A stretch of DNA of 63,942 nucleotides from Octopus bimaculoides (GCF_001194135.2 NC_068998.1:18014002-18077943), one strand, 5' to 3'; counted from the first letter of the stretch, positions 36,446 through 51,425 are shown. Program-made: numbers and translations. Notes: a model not told the origin generated them from the sequence alone.

Positions 36446-37734
36446 TTATCGGGCCATCGAGAAAAAAAAATGCTATGAAAATGACCGTTAAAACAAAAGG
36501 AAGTTACTGTGATTGACCGTTATTAAGACAAAAGAGCTATTAGAATGAGCGCTAAATAAGGGGAAGGAGTAAGAGAGCAAAAATGTTCATAGTAATCGCG
36601 TAAGCACACATGTCCATACATACACATGAGCGCCCGCACACCCACGTACATGCGCCTGCATGTATATACTCATCCACCCTCACTTGAAACACACACATGC
36701 TCACCCACACATTCACTAAAAAAATATATACATACCCGCATACATGCTCGCACATACACACACGCACAAAAAAGGTTCATACACACGTCTATATACACAC
36801 ATACTCGCACACACGCACACATCCACACGCGTGCACAAAAAATTCCATATATACGTCTATATACGCACAGGAAAAATGCAGGGTGGAAGGTAGAGTACAG
36901 AAAAATTATGTGTAAAAAAATATATGAGCAATAAAACTATAAATCAATATCTCTATAAANNNNNNNNNNNNNNNNNNNNNNNNNNNNNNNNNNNNNNNNN
37001 NNNNNNNNNNNNNNNNNNNNNNNNNNNNNNNNNNNNNNNNNNNNNNNNNNNNNNNNNNNNNNNNNNNNNNNNNNNNNNNNNNNNNNNNNNNNNNNNNNNN
37101 NNNNNNNNNNNNNNNNNNNNNNNNNNNNNNNNNNNNNNNNNNNNNNNNNNNNNNNNNNNNNNNNNNNNNNNNNNNNNNNNNNNNNNNNNNNNNNNNNNNN
37201 NNNNNNNNNNNNNNNNNNNNNNNNNNNNNNNNNNNNNNNNNNNNNNNNNNNNNNNNNNNNNNNNNNNNNNNNNNNNNNNNNNNNNNNNNNNNNNNNNNNN
37301 NNNNNNNNNNNNNNNNNNNNNNNNNNNNNNNNNNNNNNNNNNNNNNNNNNNNNNNNNNNNNNNNNNNNNNNNNNNNNNNNNNNNNNNNNNNNNNNNNNNN
37401 NNNNNNNNNNNNNNNNNNNNNNNNNNNNNNNNNNNNNNNNNNNNNNNNNNNNNNNNNNNNNNNNNNNNNNNNNNNNNNNNNNNNNNNNNNNNNNNNNNNN
37501 NNNNNNNNNNNNNNNNNNNNNNNNNNNNNNNNNNNNNNNNNNNNNNNNNNNNNNNNNNNNNNNNNNNNNNNNNNNNNNNNNNNNNNNNNNNNNNNNNNNN
37601 NNNNNNNNNNNNNNNNNNNNNNNNNNNNNNNNNNNNNNNNNNNNNNNNNNNNNNNNNNNNNNNNNNNNNNNNNNNNNNNNNNNNNNNNNNNNNNNNNNAA
37701 GTAGAATGTTCTCTATGTGGTTTGTGTGTTTTCT

Positions 37735-37951
<217 letters not shown>

Positions 37952-38202
37952 AGATAGATAGATAGATAGATAGATAGATACGACGGACTTCCGCAGTTAC
38001 CATCTATCCGTTTTGGCTTAGAAAACTTTCTTAAACCCGGAGTTATGTCAAAAGTCAGTTGTTGGGGTCCCATGGGGTCGAGAATGCACGTTATTGCTGT
38101 TGTTATTTAACCCGAGATCTGATTGTAAGCCTATGATCAAAAGTTTTCCAGCTATGGCCATCCAGTCTTTTTATAAGTATTGTGTACCTCAGACTACATT
38201 AT

Positions 38203-38255
38203 CGAATGTATCCTATTTTGGGAAGATAGCGAATGTATCCTATTTTGGGAAGATA
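38203..38255. repeat. 27-bp tandem duplication
   Basis: CGAATGTATCCTATTTTGGGAAGATA twice. Confidence 0.9.
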
Positions 38256-40967
38256 CCACATAGAGGTTCTCTCGTTGGTGCCCACCCCACTCAACTCTTC
38301 TTCCGTTTAACTTATTGAACTGGATACGGTGAACTAACGAGACACCCGTGAACTTTCGGTTCTACCATTCTACGCAAACCTTGGTATTTACCGCCGCTTT
38401 GAGTTAAGTGTAATTTGCAGAGAACAAGCCACATCATCGATTGTTACTCGTCGGTTCACTAGAATCATCTCTCGAGATTGGTGAATCTTCACGTCAGTGC
38501 TAGAGGTTGATGGGTGTTCTGCTCCCTCTTCGTGCTTCACGCTTGTCCGGCCATTTTAAAACTTCTCGATTCACTCATACACATTTCTATGCGGTAGAAT
38601 GCCGCTGAAATTTATCGCAGGCTTTCTGGTCTCTTAGTTTATGGTGAAAATAATGTAATAGATCAGATAAGCTGATGTAACGACAATATTGTGATTTTAA
38701 CTTTTGACGAATTTGAAATACGAAACATGATTAACGTCATCCTCTGAATAAGAAAGATTTTCACTCAAATAAAATACGTAACTCTCCTAACACAAGGCTG
38801 TAAATGATATTCATAGAGTTAAAAAAATGTTACTCTGCAAAGCAGATCAGCAAAAGTCACATGATAGTGTATCTGCGCCGACATCAAACAGATACAGGAT
38901 TTTGTGATTTCGTCACAAAAAAGAACAGTATAAATCGAACAAGCTGTTATGATTCTCGACAACAGAACTGCGATTTTAACTTTTGATAAACGAATAGCAT
39001 CCTATTCCTCCCATGAAAAAACCTAGTTTAATATCATCAGCCGAAGTAGACATTTTACTCGAATAAAATTGTTCAGCCTTGAAACTAAAGGGTGTGAAGT
39101 AGACGCATGAAAATCACATGATAGTGCTTCTTCGCCAGTATTAAAAGATCCGGGTGGCTACGATTTTATAAGAGAACAGCATGAATTTAAAACCCAGCGC
39201 CATATTTTCTCATTTTTATTCTCATGAAAGTCTTTTTTTATCGACTATATGTAAGTCACGGATTTCTGATCAATCACTCAGGTAAATCGTTTTTCTAAAA
39301 GAAAGTGGCGCCCCATTTTTCACTGCTTCAGCTATTGCATAAGCTTCTTTTTATATTTTGCCATGATTTTTCTTAGCAGAATTCAGTCAACGAGCAAAAT
39401 ATGCTATAGGTTTGTCATATTGAATCACAATTGCGGAATGACATTTGTTAGTTTACTTTAACCTTGACAGACATCGTAATAATAGCTGTTATTAAGTTAC
39501 TGACAGCAAGTAGAACTTTCTTTTCGAGCAGAAACTGAACATTGATTAATGGTCATATTTTTATTTGTCAGAGAAACAAGGACAAACACTAATCAAATAA
39601 GATAAGAATTGCTTGTTAACGGGCATGAACTTTTCTTTAAAAGGAGTTAAACTTGAGGGGTAAAGACACAATTCGTTATGGTTAATCTATTAACCTAGGA
39701 CACAGATGGATTTAGCTTAAAACGTACATTTATTGTGACTTGGAAAAGCAATTCTTTAAGAATTTAGATAAAGTTTTCTTATGTGTCTCTTTGATTTTAC
39801 CATATGAGTGACGTCATACTAAGTTGATGTACATAACACCCAACTCATTTTTACGATTAAAAATGTTTACTATTTGTCAGAAAAATAACTGTATATAAGA
39901 CCAAAACTGAAATGTTTAAACTGGAACAATTTATGGTCTGTCTCGAAAGCAGTAAACACTTCATCATCTGCACACAGTACAACACAGTACGTTAGACGAT
40001 TGTACTAAATAACATACACACAGATATTTCGCCAACTAGTTCGTCAAAGCTGGACAGCGGGTATGAGTCTGAGGAAGTGGATATATTAATAGTTGAGTTG
40101 TTGTCAATTCCTAGTCTTCTTTTGCTGCTACCATTAAAAGCATATTCGCCAGAGCCCGCCATTTGTGAGCATTTTATATCGTTCCGGTCGACTCAACTTG
40201 GCATCAGATTATTCAAATTGATGGAATTTCGTAATTGCAATTGTAAAATTTAGTGACACATTTTAAATAAGAGGAGAATCTCAACGGATTGATTGTGCGG
40301 GTGAGAGAGAGTCATTTAAATTCTACTTTGAGACAAATAATTGTTCAGAAAAGAAATATCAAAAATAGGCTACTTGTACATGTTGGGACATGTTAGTACA
40401 AGTTTTGGTAAATTAAAATCTGATTTAAATTAACTTCCATCTTACTTTCATCCTTTTGGGGTCGATGTAATTGACTTACCTCTTCCCTTACAATTGCTGG
40501 CTTTGTTCCAAAATTTGAAACCCGTTATTATATTAAATCTGATAAATCCATTAATGGAAAAATGATGTTTTAAATCAGTCCAAAAAATGCTTCTACGTTC
40601 GTTCATCTTGGCGATGAAATTTTTAAGGGCGATGTTCAAATCGTTTTCATTGATTCCTCCCCACACTACACTCACTGTTCTCGAGGTTATGTTTCTATTC
40701 TACTTGAGTAGCAGAGTCAGTAAATTGAGGGTCTGTATAGAAGGCTGAGAAAAGTTATAAGTTCTTTCGACTGCAGGCTTACATCGCGCAAAGACACAGA
40801 ATCAGTGTTTTAAAGTTACGTGAAACCTCATGAGTTGTCGGTAACCAAACCGAATATTTTCTGTTGCAATTCACATTCTATATCGATGACTAATTTTAGT
40901 AAAGAAAAATTTTACAAGGACAAGCGCATGTGTGTACATGTGTGTGTTTATGTGAGCGTGTGCAGTA

Positions 40968-41222
<255 letters not shown>

Positions 41223-41370
41223 GATGTCTAACGAGTGTACAAAAGTTTCGAAACCATGAAGTTAGAATCAAACAATATCTCATTAGAAACGAAGAACAGA
41301 AGACATTAAACGTAGGTGGAAAATGGGGTGGAAAACCCAGGTTGGGTTGTTTATTATTAAGAGGGGTGTC

Positions 41371-41421
<51 letters not shown>

Positions 41422-41800
41422 ACACATGTGTATGTATACATAGAGATACATGTGTGTGTGTATGCGTGTGCGTGCGTGCGTGCGTGCGTGTAATTTTAAG
41501 CAAATATAACATTATAATAACAATACGAATGGTTGATTTTCCACGAGATGCTTCAATTACGATTAACTATTGATACTTCTGTGAATCACATGTAAACTAC
41601 CATCCCTACAGGCTACTTGTACATGCTGAACATGTTAGTACAAGTTTTGGTAAATTAAAATCTGATTTAAATTAACTTCCATCTTACTTAATTTATACTT
41701 CAATTTAATTCAATCTCAATTATCGACATACAACGTAGACAACAGCTTTAGAAATATCGATGTGATACCGATAGCCCCTGTGGTTCGCGTAACTTTGAAC

Positions 41801-41955
41801 CAGTCGTGGCCAAACTGCGAACCGCGGAACATTCTGAATAGTATGCCTAACGAAAAATCAGCTTGAAATATTTTGTTTCACTGTAATGCAACCCGCCTGA
41901 CGATGATCCATGTCTCATGCGACCCGCTTCTCGAAAAAAGGTTTGCTCATGTCTG
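41801..41955. mobile_element. hAT-type MITE
   Basis: Imperfect TIRs CAGTCGTGGCCAAAC / GTTTGCTCATGTCTG; 8-bp flanks CTTTGAAC and CTTTAAGC (6/8 identical). Confidence 0.55.
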
Positions 41956-42526
41956 CTTTAAGCATTGGTTGTTTGTCATAGAAAGTTGTAAACTACATTC
42001 AAAGGAATTAATGGCTTTTGCCTCAGAATTCTGGTGAACTCCGAATTCCGCACTCTCACCCCACCAATCAAAATTATATTTGTCTGTGATGGCGCTTTAA
42101 CCGGTTAAAAAAAAAAAACAAGACAAATAAAATAAATAAATATATTTTTTAATTCAGTCAGCTAATGAAATCGTAACGCGACACAAGCAAACAAATAAGA
42201 AGGAGTTCTTTTCAAAAAATTCAGCTTAGACTATAACTTCAAAAGAGTCACGGCTGACTGAGACAAAAATATTTGTGACTCACTCATAACCGAAATTTTA
42301 TTTGTCTGTATATGAACCAGACAACAAGAAAACAAATCTTTATCCTATACAGATCTTCATTTTACTGACTCTGCTACTCAAGTAGAATAGAAGCATAGCC
42401 TAGCCTCGAGAACAGTGAGTGATTTGAACATCGCCCTTAAAAATTTCATCGCCAAAATGAACGAACGTAGAAGTATTTTTTGGACTGATTTAAAACATGG
42501 ATTTATCAGATTTAATATAATAACGG

Positions 42527-42695
42527 GTTTCAAATTTTGGAACAAAGCCAGCAATTGTAAGGGAGGGTGTAAGACAATTACATCGACCCCCAAAAGGATT
42601 AAAGGTCAAGTCGACCTCGGTGGAACATAAAGACAGACGAAATACCGCTAAGCATTCTGTCCAGCGTGCTAACGATTCTGCCAGCTCGCCGCCTT
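42527..42695 (-). mobile_element. SINE family A with internal deletions
   Basis: Intact head GGCGGCGAGCTGGCAGAATCGTTAGCACG on the minus strand. Confidence 0.85.
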
Positions 42696-43391
42696 AAATA
42701 TACAAATGTAATAATAATAATTACACAGTGGGAAAATTTTTTTACTTTGTTTTATCTTTGGTCAGTAAGTGTTATTTCCTACTTGCTTTTATCTAGAAAT
42801 AAAAGGAAATGACTGCTATTCCCTTCAAACTTTGCTTTTGTGACCTGAACATCAAAGTTTTGAAACCGTCCTATTTTCCATTACGTTTGAAACAGATTCA
42901 GCGCAGAGTTGCTGAAACAGAAGTCTCGTTCTAACAAACATTCTGCTCAATACCATAGATTTGCTTATCAGCAGCTTGACCATAATCACTTGCTGGAGTA
43001 GTGGGGGAGCATCATGGCCAAGTTTTGGGAGGGTTTCTTTGGGGTTTGAATAAATGAAAAACAAAGTTTGAAGAAAATAGTAGCCATTTTTCATACTTTC
43101 TAGGGGTAAGAGATGGTAACGGTTGCTGCTCAAGGACAAAAATCGTGTTACCCAGTGTTATTATTATACCTATGTTTGTTTTGATATTAAGATTGAAGAA
43201 CTCGACCTTGTTTGTAAAAATAATTTGGACCTCGGTTTGAACCTCCTTTTGAACACGCGCGCGCGCACACACACACATACATACATATACACTTAGCGGA
43301 TGTCAACTCATGACCACTATTTATATTCAGTTAAGTTCGTGTAAACGTTTCGAGAGTTCAAGGAGTTCCCATGCGTTTTGTTTGTGTTCCC

Positions 43392-43556
43392 GTGCTTAGC
43401 GGTATTTCGTCTGTCTTTACGTTCTGAGATCAAATTCCGCCGAGGTCGACTTTGCCTTTCATCCTTTCGGGGTCGATAAATTAAGTACCAGTTGCGTACT
43501 GGGGTCGATCTAATCGACTGCCCTACTCCCCCAAAATTTCCGGCCTTGTGCCTAGC
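43392..43556 (+). mobile_element. SINE family A, 5'-truncated, young
   Basis: GCCGAGGTCGACTTTGCCTTTCATCCTTTCGGGGTCGATAAATTAAGTACCAG. Confidence 0.9.
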
Positions 43557-44823
43557 GGCAAAACAGAGGTTGAGACGACTAGAAACCAACTACTTTAAGG
43601 TTTTTTTTTCATACGAGCTTACCTTCTCTTAGTAGAAAGTTCTAACGAGAACTAGAGATCCTCCACTGCCAGTGGTCCTCATGCTAATTAGCCCATTGCT
43701 GAGATCCAAACAGATGTTACTACTAGGTCAGCGTAGACCTGAGAAGAATAGTGCTTAAGAGGTAGTTCAAACCCTGGAACTCCTGTGTCAGGGGCCCACT
43801 ATCGGTTGTAGTGTAAATTTATACTCAGGACACATACTTATCCATCCATCCATCCATCCATCCAGCCATACATACATCCAACAAATTCGCTCAAAAACCT
43901 AGAAATATTCGATTTCATGGAGAAAGAGTAAAAAAAAAATGATGCTGATTTTCCAAATCCAATCTATTAGCGGCACAGTGGAGATTTATGAAGCATTCCA
44001 AAAATTCTCCATCTGAGATTCTTATGTGAATAGATGCACACACCTGGGTTTATGCATCGACAGTTCAACCAACACACTAACTCAACCACATATTTACAAA
44101 CACTGAGAAATATCTTAACTAAAAAAAGTCTTGTCGCTTTGTTAGCGACCAGCTTGAATTTTCTCAAGAAGAACTTAAATAAACTTAAAGAAAAAATCAT
44201 CCATCCATCCATCCATCCATCCATCCATCCATACATACATACATACATACATACATACATACATACATACATTCCATGCAAACTTTAGCCACTCCACAGC
44301 TCAGTAGTTGCGGCAACTAACATCTTTCTTTGCTTGGAAAATGACGGTCACAGACAGTAGTCAATATCTTGATTCCTGCGATGCTACTAAACTTTCTGAC
44401 AATATGCACAAAGTCTGTCCCTCGCGAAAAAAAAACGGGATTTGAAAAAAAAAATGAAAAAAAATATTATTGCTTTAATTAATTTTAATTAATTATTGCT
44501 TTAATTTAATTAAACTTGTGATCTTTAAATTATTCCCCTTCTATTACAATTGTTACATGCTTTCCGATATATTTTTTCCCCTAGTCTTGGAACGTCTGCT
44601 CTGCAGAGCGCGCTTTCAGGCGTGGTGCGTATTTCTCATATCGTATCTCCTTCGCTGCCTTCTGTCGTCTGATATCAGTGAACTTTCAGGATGGATTTCA
44701 ACTTCGAGAAAAAAAAATCACTGTGGAAGTTGTTTCGTATCTGGGTGTTATTGTGGTTCTGTTTGTCCATGCCTCAAATATTTTTATTCGTACTGCCTTT
44801 CTTAAAACCTCAATACTTTTTTC

Positions 44824-44916
<93 letters not shown>

Positions 44917-44956
44917 TGTGTGTGTGTGTGTATGTGTGCGCGCGTGTGTGTATATA

Positions 44957-46217
44957 CAGGGTGCGATGGGTAAATTGTCGCCATTTCATATTTTAAATTT
45001 CGCGTATGTGTATTGCTTGTTTTTGATTTTATCGGCTACACAGTATAGTAGGGTCAGCTGGATACCGTCTATGAGAAAACAGCACGATGACGCTATCCAT
45101 TCTGCCAGGAATTTGGAAACGACATGCTGTACAGCTTGGCATTCGCGCCGGAAGCTCTGATACGAACATTTCAGAGTGTTTGGGTGTCATTCTGAGGACA
45201 GTGCAAAGCATTTGGAAAGAGTTGGATGAGTCTAATGGTGATTACAAAGGTACGGCAGCTCGGAAAACTCACTCTGATCGCCCTGATAAGAAAAGAACTC
45301 CTGAATTTGTTGGTGGGACCCAGGCTATGATTGACAACGATCCTTCCAAGTCATTGAGGTTCATCACCAGGGACATGAGAGTGTCAGAGTTATCAAGCAA
45401 GTTTGCATGAAGACAATAGGTATTCTACATACAAGATGAGAAAGGGCCAATTTTTATCCCAAGCCACCAAGGACGAGAAGTGAGACCATGCTACGAAGCT
45501 TTTGAACAAAGCTCAAGCATCCCCTCCAACCGAACATGCTTTAGTTTTTCTCAGACGAGAAATATTTCTACGAGGATCAGATGGTGAACACACAGAAGGA
45601 CCGTTATGTACCGAGAGTAATAAAAATGAAACATCCAGTCAACATCATGGTGTTTGGGGTGATCATTATTGATGGCGATGTTATGCCTCTATTCATCTTC
45701 CCACGCGGCCTCAGACATAGCACAATGCCTGGAGGAGGTAATGCTGCCCTGGGTCAAGAGGGTGACTGTTACAAGACCCTATGTCTGGCAACAGGACTCT
45801 GCACCACGCCACACAAGCAGGGGAACCCAATCATGACTGTCAGACAATTTCTGCAACCACACCGCCCCTAACATCTGGCCACCTAACTCCCCAGACTGCA
45901 ACCTCCTTATTATGCATGGGGCGCAGTTGAGCGAGAGACCAACAGAATTCCTTGTAACGCCAAAGATGAACTGAAGGTAAGGATTATGGCAGCATTCACC
46001 AACTTAAACAAGGAGACTGCCCAGAAGAGTTGCAGGAGATTCGGAAGTCATCTGGAGGCCGTGTTTGAAGGCAATTGCGATTTTATTGAATAAATTTATT
46101 CTAGTATTTCAAGATATTTTAATGTGATTTTGGTAAATATATCTGTTAAATTGAGATGTCAGTGTTATTTTCATTTCTGCGTAATTTAGACGACACCAAT
46201 ATATTCAGTGCACCCTG
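44957..46217 (+). mobile_element. Full-length Tc1/mariner, DD37D (maT-like), inactive
   Basis: TA|CAGGGTGC...GCACCCTG|TA; motifs VFSDEK, WQQDSAP, WPPNSPDCN; 37-residue D-D spacing when completed with the 907-1267 copy; frameshifts. Confidence 0.95.
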
Positions 46218-46264
46218 TACGTGTGTGTGTGTGTGTATGTGTGTGTGTGTGTGTGTGTATGTGT

Positions 46265-46306
<42 letters not shown>

Positions 46307-47558
46307 TTCATCATTATCATCGTCGTCGTCATCGTCGTTTAACATCCGCTTTCCATGCTGGCATGGGTTGGACGGTTTGACTGAGGGCTGACGAGCCAGA
46401 AGGCTGCACCAATCTCCAATCTGATCTGGCTGGNNNNNNNNNNNNNNNNNNNNNNNNNNNNNNNNNNNNNNNNNNNNNNNNNNNNNNNNNNNNNNNNNNN
46501 NNNNNNNNNNNNNNNNNNNNNNNNNNNNNNNNNNNNNNNNNNNNNNNNNNNNNNNNNNNNNNNNNNNNNNNNNNNNNNNNNNNNNNNNNNNNNNNNNNNN
46601 NNNNNNNNNNNNNNNNNNNNNNNNNNNNNNNNNNNNNNNNNNNNNNNNNNNNNNNNNNNNNNNNNNNNNNNNNNNNNNNNNNNNNNNNNNNNNNNNNNNN
46701 NNNNNNNNNNNNNNNNNNNNNNNNNNNNNNNNNNNNNNNNNNNNNNNNNNNNNNNNNNNNNNNNNNNNNNNNNNNNNNNNNNNNNNNNNNNNNNNNNNNN
46801 NNNNNNNNNNNNNNNNNNNNNNNNNNNNNNNNNNNNNNNNNNNNNNNNNNNNNNNNNNNNNNNNNNNNNNNNNNNNNNNNNNNNNNNNNNNNNNNNNNNN
46901 NNNNNNNNNNNNNNNNNNNNNNNNNNNNNNNNNNNNNNNNNNNNNNNNNNNNNNNNNNNNNNNNNNNNNNNNNNNNNNNNNNNNNNNNNNNNNNNNNNNN
47001 NNNNNNNNNNNNNNNNNNNNNNNNNNNNNNNNNNNNNNNNNNNNNNNNNNNNNNNNNNNNNNNNNNNNNNNNNNNNNNNNNNNNNNNNNNNNNNNNNNNN
47101 NNNNNNNNNNNNNNNNNNNNNNNNNNNNNNNNNNNNNNNNNNNNNNNNNNNNNNNNNNNNNNNTATAAGAGTAATATGTCCATTCTGCTGAAATGAAATT
47201 TCAGTAAATTTTCTGTATCCTTGTGCAGCTGAGGATTGCTCTGCATTTTGCATTACTTAAATAAATGGAGTTGCATGAAACGTGCGTACTGCAATAACCT
47301 TGAAAACCCGTGTTGCTGTTTTTGATTTTATATATATATATATATACATGTATAATATTCGATTAGAGGTTGTGTTAACCTCATGAAGGGATGGTTTCAT
47401 CCAAGGAAAATACTGGTTTAATACCTAACTTCAAATAGAATTTAATAATTAACTTTTATTAGTTGCTCTAGTAATAAATATATATAAAAGGACTATACTG
47501 GCATAATGTAGCTAAATAAAATTGATATATATATAGATACATATATAAATTATATATA

Positions 47559-48763
47559 CAGGGTGCGTTAGGTATTTGAGGACATACCTTCTTTGGGTCA
47601 TTGCTGCATTTTTTGCTAACTCTGTATAATCTTTGTTTCAGAAAATGGCAGACACTCAGCTTATTCAAAAACTGAAGAGGCATGCTGTTATTGTGGTTAT
47701 AAAGGCTGAGCATAGCGATTTAGAAATATCTAGATTTTTAAAAGTTGCCAGATCTTACATCTACAAAGTTTGTAAGGAGCTAGAGACTGAAGATGGAAAC
47801 GTATCACCAGTATCAAAGCATAAAAAGTATCCTAAACACTCTGAAATCATCAGAACACCAGACCATTGATTACAATTCCAGAAAGTCCATGAGGTCAATT
47901 GCAAAAGATCTCCATGTATCAGAAGGAACAGTCAGAAATGATGTCCACGAAGACATCAGGTATAAATCTTATATGATAAGAAATGGTCAATTTGTCAGAA
48001 AAAGCAAAAGAAAATCGCTACATCAGATCTAAAATGCTCTTGAAGAAACTGAAAAATCCAGCAGAAGATTTTATTTGGTTTTCTCAAACGAGAAAAACTT
48101 CGACCAAGATCAAAAAGTTAACAGAAGAAATGACAGATTTCTGTTATGTGCAGACCCTTCTGAAGTTCTAAGTGTTATGCATACAAAATTTCCTGCAACT
48201 GTCATGGTTTTAGGGGTTGTCGGCAATTAAGGACATGTGATGCCGCCTTACTTCTTTCCACAAGTCCTTAGAGTTAACTCTGCCGCCTACATTGAGGTCT
48301 TAGAAATAATTCTTAAGCCATGGATAGACAATAAGTGTTTTAGTAAGACTCTTCAACATGCTCTAGTAACACAAGCATGGAAGGTTGAAAATTTTCATGA
48401 TCACATAACCCCTAACATTTGGCCACCTAATTTCCCAGATCTCAATCTATTGGACTATTACATGTGGAGCGTTGTTGAGAGAGAGAGAGAGGTCATTGAA
48501 CATGCCCATAACATCAAAGATCCTTTGAAAGCTGCCATAGTCAGAGTAATGTCCAAAATGAACCAGGACCACTTGATTCGAACTTGTAGATGATTTAGAT
48601 CTCATATACAAGCAGTTGTTGAAGCTGAAGGTGGCTTTATTGAATAACATTATAGAAAAGGTTTATTCTCATACCATTTTTTGATAAATAAAGTTATCTG
48701 TTGTTATATATCTGTTCTTTTTTTATAAACATAAATCTGTCCTCAAATATCTTACGTACCCTG
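47559..48763 (+). mobile_element. Full-length Tc1/mariner, second maT-like subfamily, inactive
   Basis: ~26-bp TIRs (CAGGGTGCGTTAGGTATTTGAGGACA vs CAGGGTACGTAAGATATTTGAGGACA), TA TSD; KFPATVMVLG, WPPNFPDLNLLDYYMW. Confidence 0.95.
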
Positions 48764-49486
48764 TATGTATATAGTATATAATTACATATAAATATAGNNN
48801 NNNNNNNNNNNNNNNNNNNNNNNNNNNNNNNNNNNNNNNNNNNNNNNNNNNNNNNNNNNNNNNNNNNNNNNNNNNNNNNNNNNNNNNNNNNNNNNNNNNN
48901 NNNNNNNNNNNNNNNNNNNNNNNNNNNNNNNNNNNNNNNNNNNNNNNNNNNNNNNNNNNNNNNNNNNNNNNNNNNNNNNNNNNNNNNNNNNNNNNNNNNN
49001 NNNNNNNNNNNNNNNNNNNNNNNNNNNNNNNNNNNNNNNNNNNNNNNNNNNNNNNNNNNNNNNNNNNNNNNNNNNNNNNNNNNNNNNNNNNNNNNNNNNN
49101 NNNNNNNNNNNNNNNNNNNNNNNNNNNNNNNNNNNNNNNNNNNNNNNNNNNNNNNNNNNNNNNNNNNNNNNNNNNNNNNNNNNNNNNNNNNNNNNNNNNN
49201 NNNNNNNNNNNNNNNNNNNNNNNNNNNNNNNNNNNNNNNNNNNNNNNNNNNNNNNNNNNNNNNNNNNNNNNNNNNNNNNNNNNNNNNNNNNNNNNNNNNN
49301 NNNNNNNNNNNNNNNNNNNNNNNNNNNNNNNNNNNNNNNNNNNNNNNNNNNNNNNNNNNNNNNNNNNNNNNNNNNNNNNNNNNNNNNNNNNNNNNNNNNN
49401 NNNNNNNNNNNNNNNNNNNNNNNNNNNNNNNNNNNNNNNNNNNNNNNNNNNNNNNNNNNNNNNNNNNNNNNNNNNNNNNNNNNNNN

Positions 49487-49526
<40 letters not shown>

Positions 49527-50657
49527 GCTAGACGTTGCCCTTCCAATAAAAACACGATCAATGTCACATTCACACTTGAGTGACATCTATAATTTTGTTT
49601 CGTCATCGTAGCTGTACGCCCGATTTTCCTCACCTATGCATCAGTTCTCCCCCAAGGCCCAGGCCTGGGAAAAATATCGTGAAAGATTAGCAGTTGCGAA
49701 TATATACATATCTTCCGTCTCCACGTCACCCATGTTGTTCAAAGGAAAGGCCAAGGCCGGTACTCAATGATCTTAGTATCGACTCAAAACAAATACCGTG
49801 TCAATAAAAACAGAATAGACACAGCAAGACATTTCGTCTGACGCTCTATCAATTTTATAAAATTCGTTTACACACCCACACCCACACACACACGCACACA
49901 TACACACACATACATTCAAAAACAAAAAGAACAAAAGTCCTTCAGAACTTTATCATGGATAAAAGAAAGAAACATTTGCATTTTTTAAGCATAATATGCT
50001 ACAGTTAAACATAATATGCTAATCGTTAGAAAAGCGATTTAGTTATGCTGAAACAAAAAGGGAAAATGAATTAAAATAAAATACATTTATCTTTCATGAT
50101 CAGTTCTGGAAGTTCACATGAATGCTGATCCATGGTAAAGTTCTCAAAGCATTTTCCTTTACTTTTTCAATATAAATTTACTCGTATGAAAACTCTGAAN
50201 NNNNNNNNNNNNNNNNNNNNNNNNNNNNNNNNNNNNNNNNNNNNNNNNNNNNNNNNNNNNNNNNNNNNNNNNNNNNNNNNNNNNNNNNNNNNNNNNNNNN
50301 NNNNNNNNNNNNNNNNNNNNNNNNNNNNNNNNNNNNNNNNNNNNNNNNNNNNNNNNNNNNNNNNNNNNNNNNNNNNNNNNNNNNNNNNNNNNNNNNNNNN
50401 NNNNNNNNNNNNNNNNNNNNNNNNNNNNNNNNNNNNNNNNNNNNNNNNNNNNNNNNNNNNNNNNNNNNNNNNNNNNNNNNNNNNNNNNNNNNNNNNNNNN
50501 NNNNNNNNNNNNNNNNNNNNNNNNNNNNNNNNNNNNNNNNNNNNNNNNNNNNNNNNNNNNNNNNNNNNNNNNNNNNNNNNNNNNNNNNNNNNNNNNNNNN
50601 NNNNNNNNNNNNNNNNNNNNNNNNNNNNNNNNNNNNNNNNNNNNNNNNNNNNNNNNN

Positions 50658-50723
<66 letters not shown>

Positions 50724-50724
50724 G

Positions 50725-51425
50725 CACTAAGATAGACACACAGACGACAGATCTGCAAGGCCTCCAGGAAAAGGCTCGCAAAGTGGAACAAGACTGGTTT
50801 CGAAACCACGTCAAATATTCGCTGACCCTTTCTTGGTTCTCTGGCCCCCATATCAATATACCAGCTGAACCCATCTCTTACAGACCCTGGATACAAACGA
50901 AAATTTCTCGCAAGAATATAAGGTTTGTAGTTTCTCATTTGTTATCTATAGATGTTCATATTTTCTCCAGTTTGGAGGAAGCATTCGCTACCACTGTTAC
51001 CTGATCTCTACCGTAGTGCTTGAGCTTCCTACCATCTCCGATAGCATAATATTAGACCCACTGAGTTTGCACTGGGTTCTGTTTTTATTGGAATGTTCTA
51101 CCTGTATCCCTCATTTTAAAGATGTGGATATATTTAACTTCTGTGTGCTTTGGGTATAGCCATCGGAACAATCCTTCTTGTGGACAACACTGTAAATGGT
51201 TTTAGTGACAATTTTGTGTCTCATGAAAAGGCAATACCTTGCGGGCATTTTTGGATGGATGATGGTGGTGATGATGTGGGTAATATCTACCATTCTGGCA
51301 CAACCAAGATTCATTTTGTATAACAATGTGGAGGTTTAGAGACTTCCCTATCTTTCTTATTGCAAAGGCATAGCCTTCGAGATGAAATGTGATGTGTCTA
51401 CCAGGAGAGGTTACTCTTCCTGTCA
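50725..51425 (-). mobile_element. 3' fragment of an RLE-type non-LTR retrotransposon (R4/Dong-like)
   Basis: Minus strand HF..EGYAFAI, ITHII, MRHKIVTKTIY, LQTLYSCEKFSFV, recalled as typical of the zinc-knuckle/RLE region; degenerate. Confidence 0.6.

Noticed and set aside
42850-43230. 95-aa ORF as a host exon
   Set aside because: No recognisable motif or splice context.
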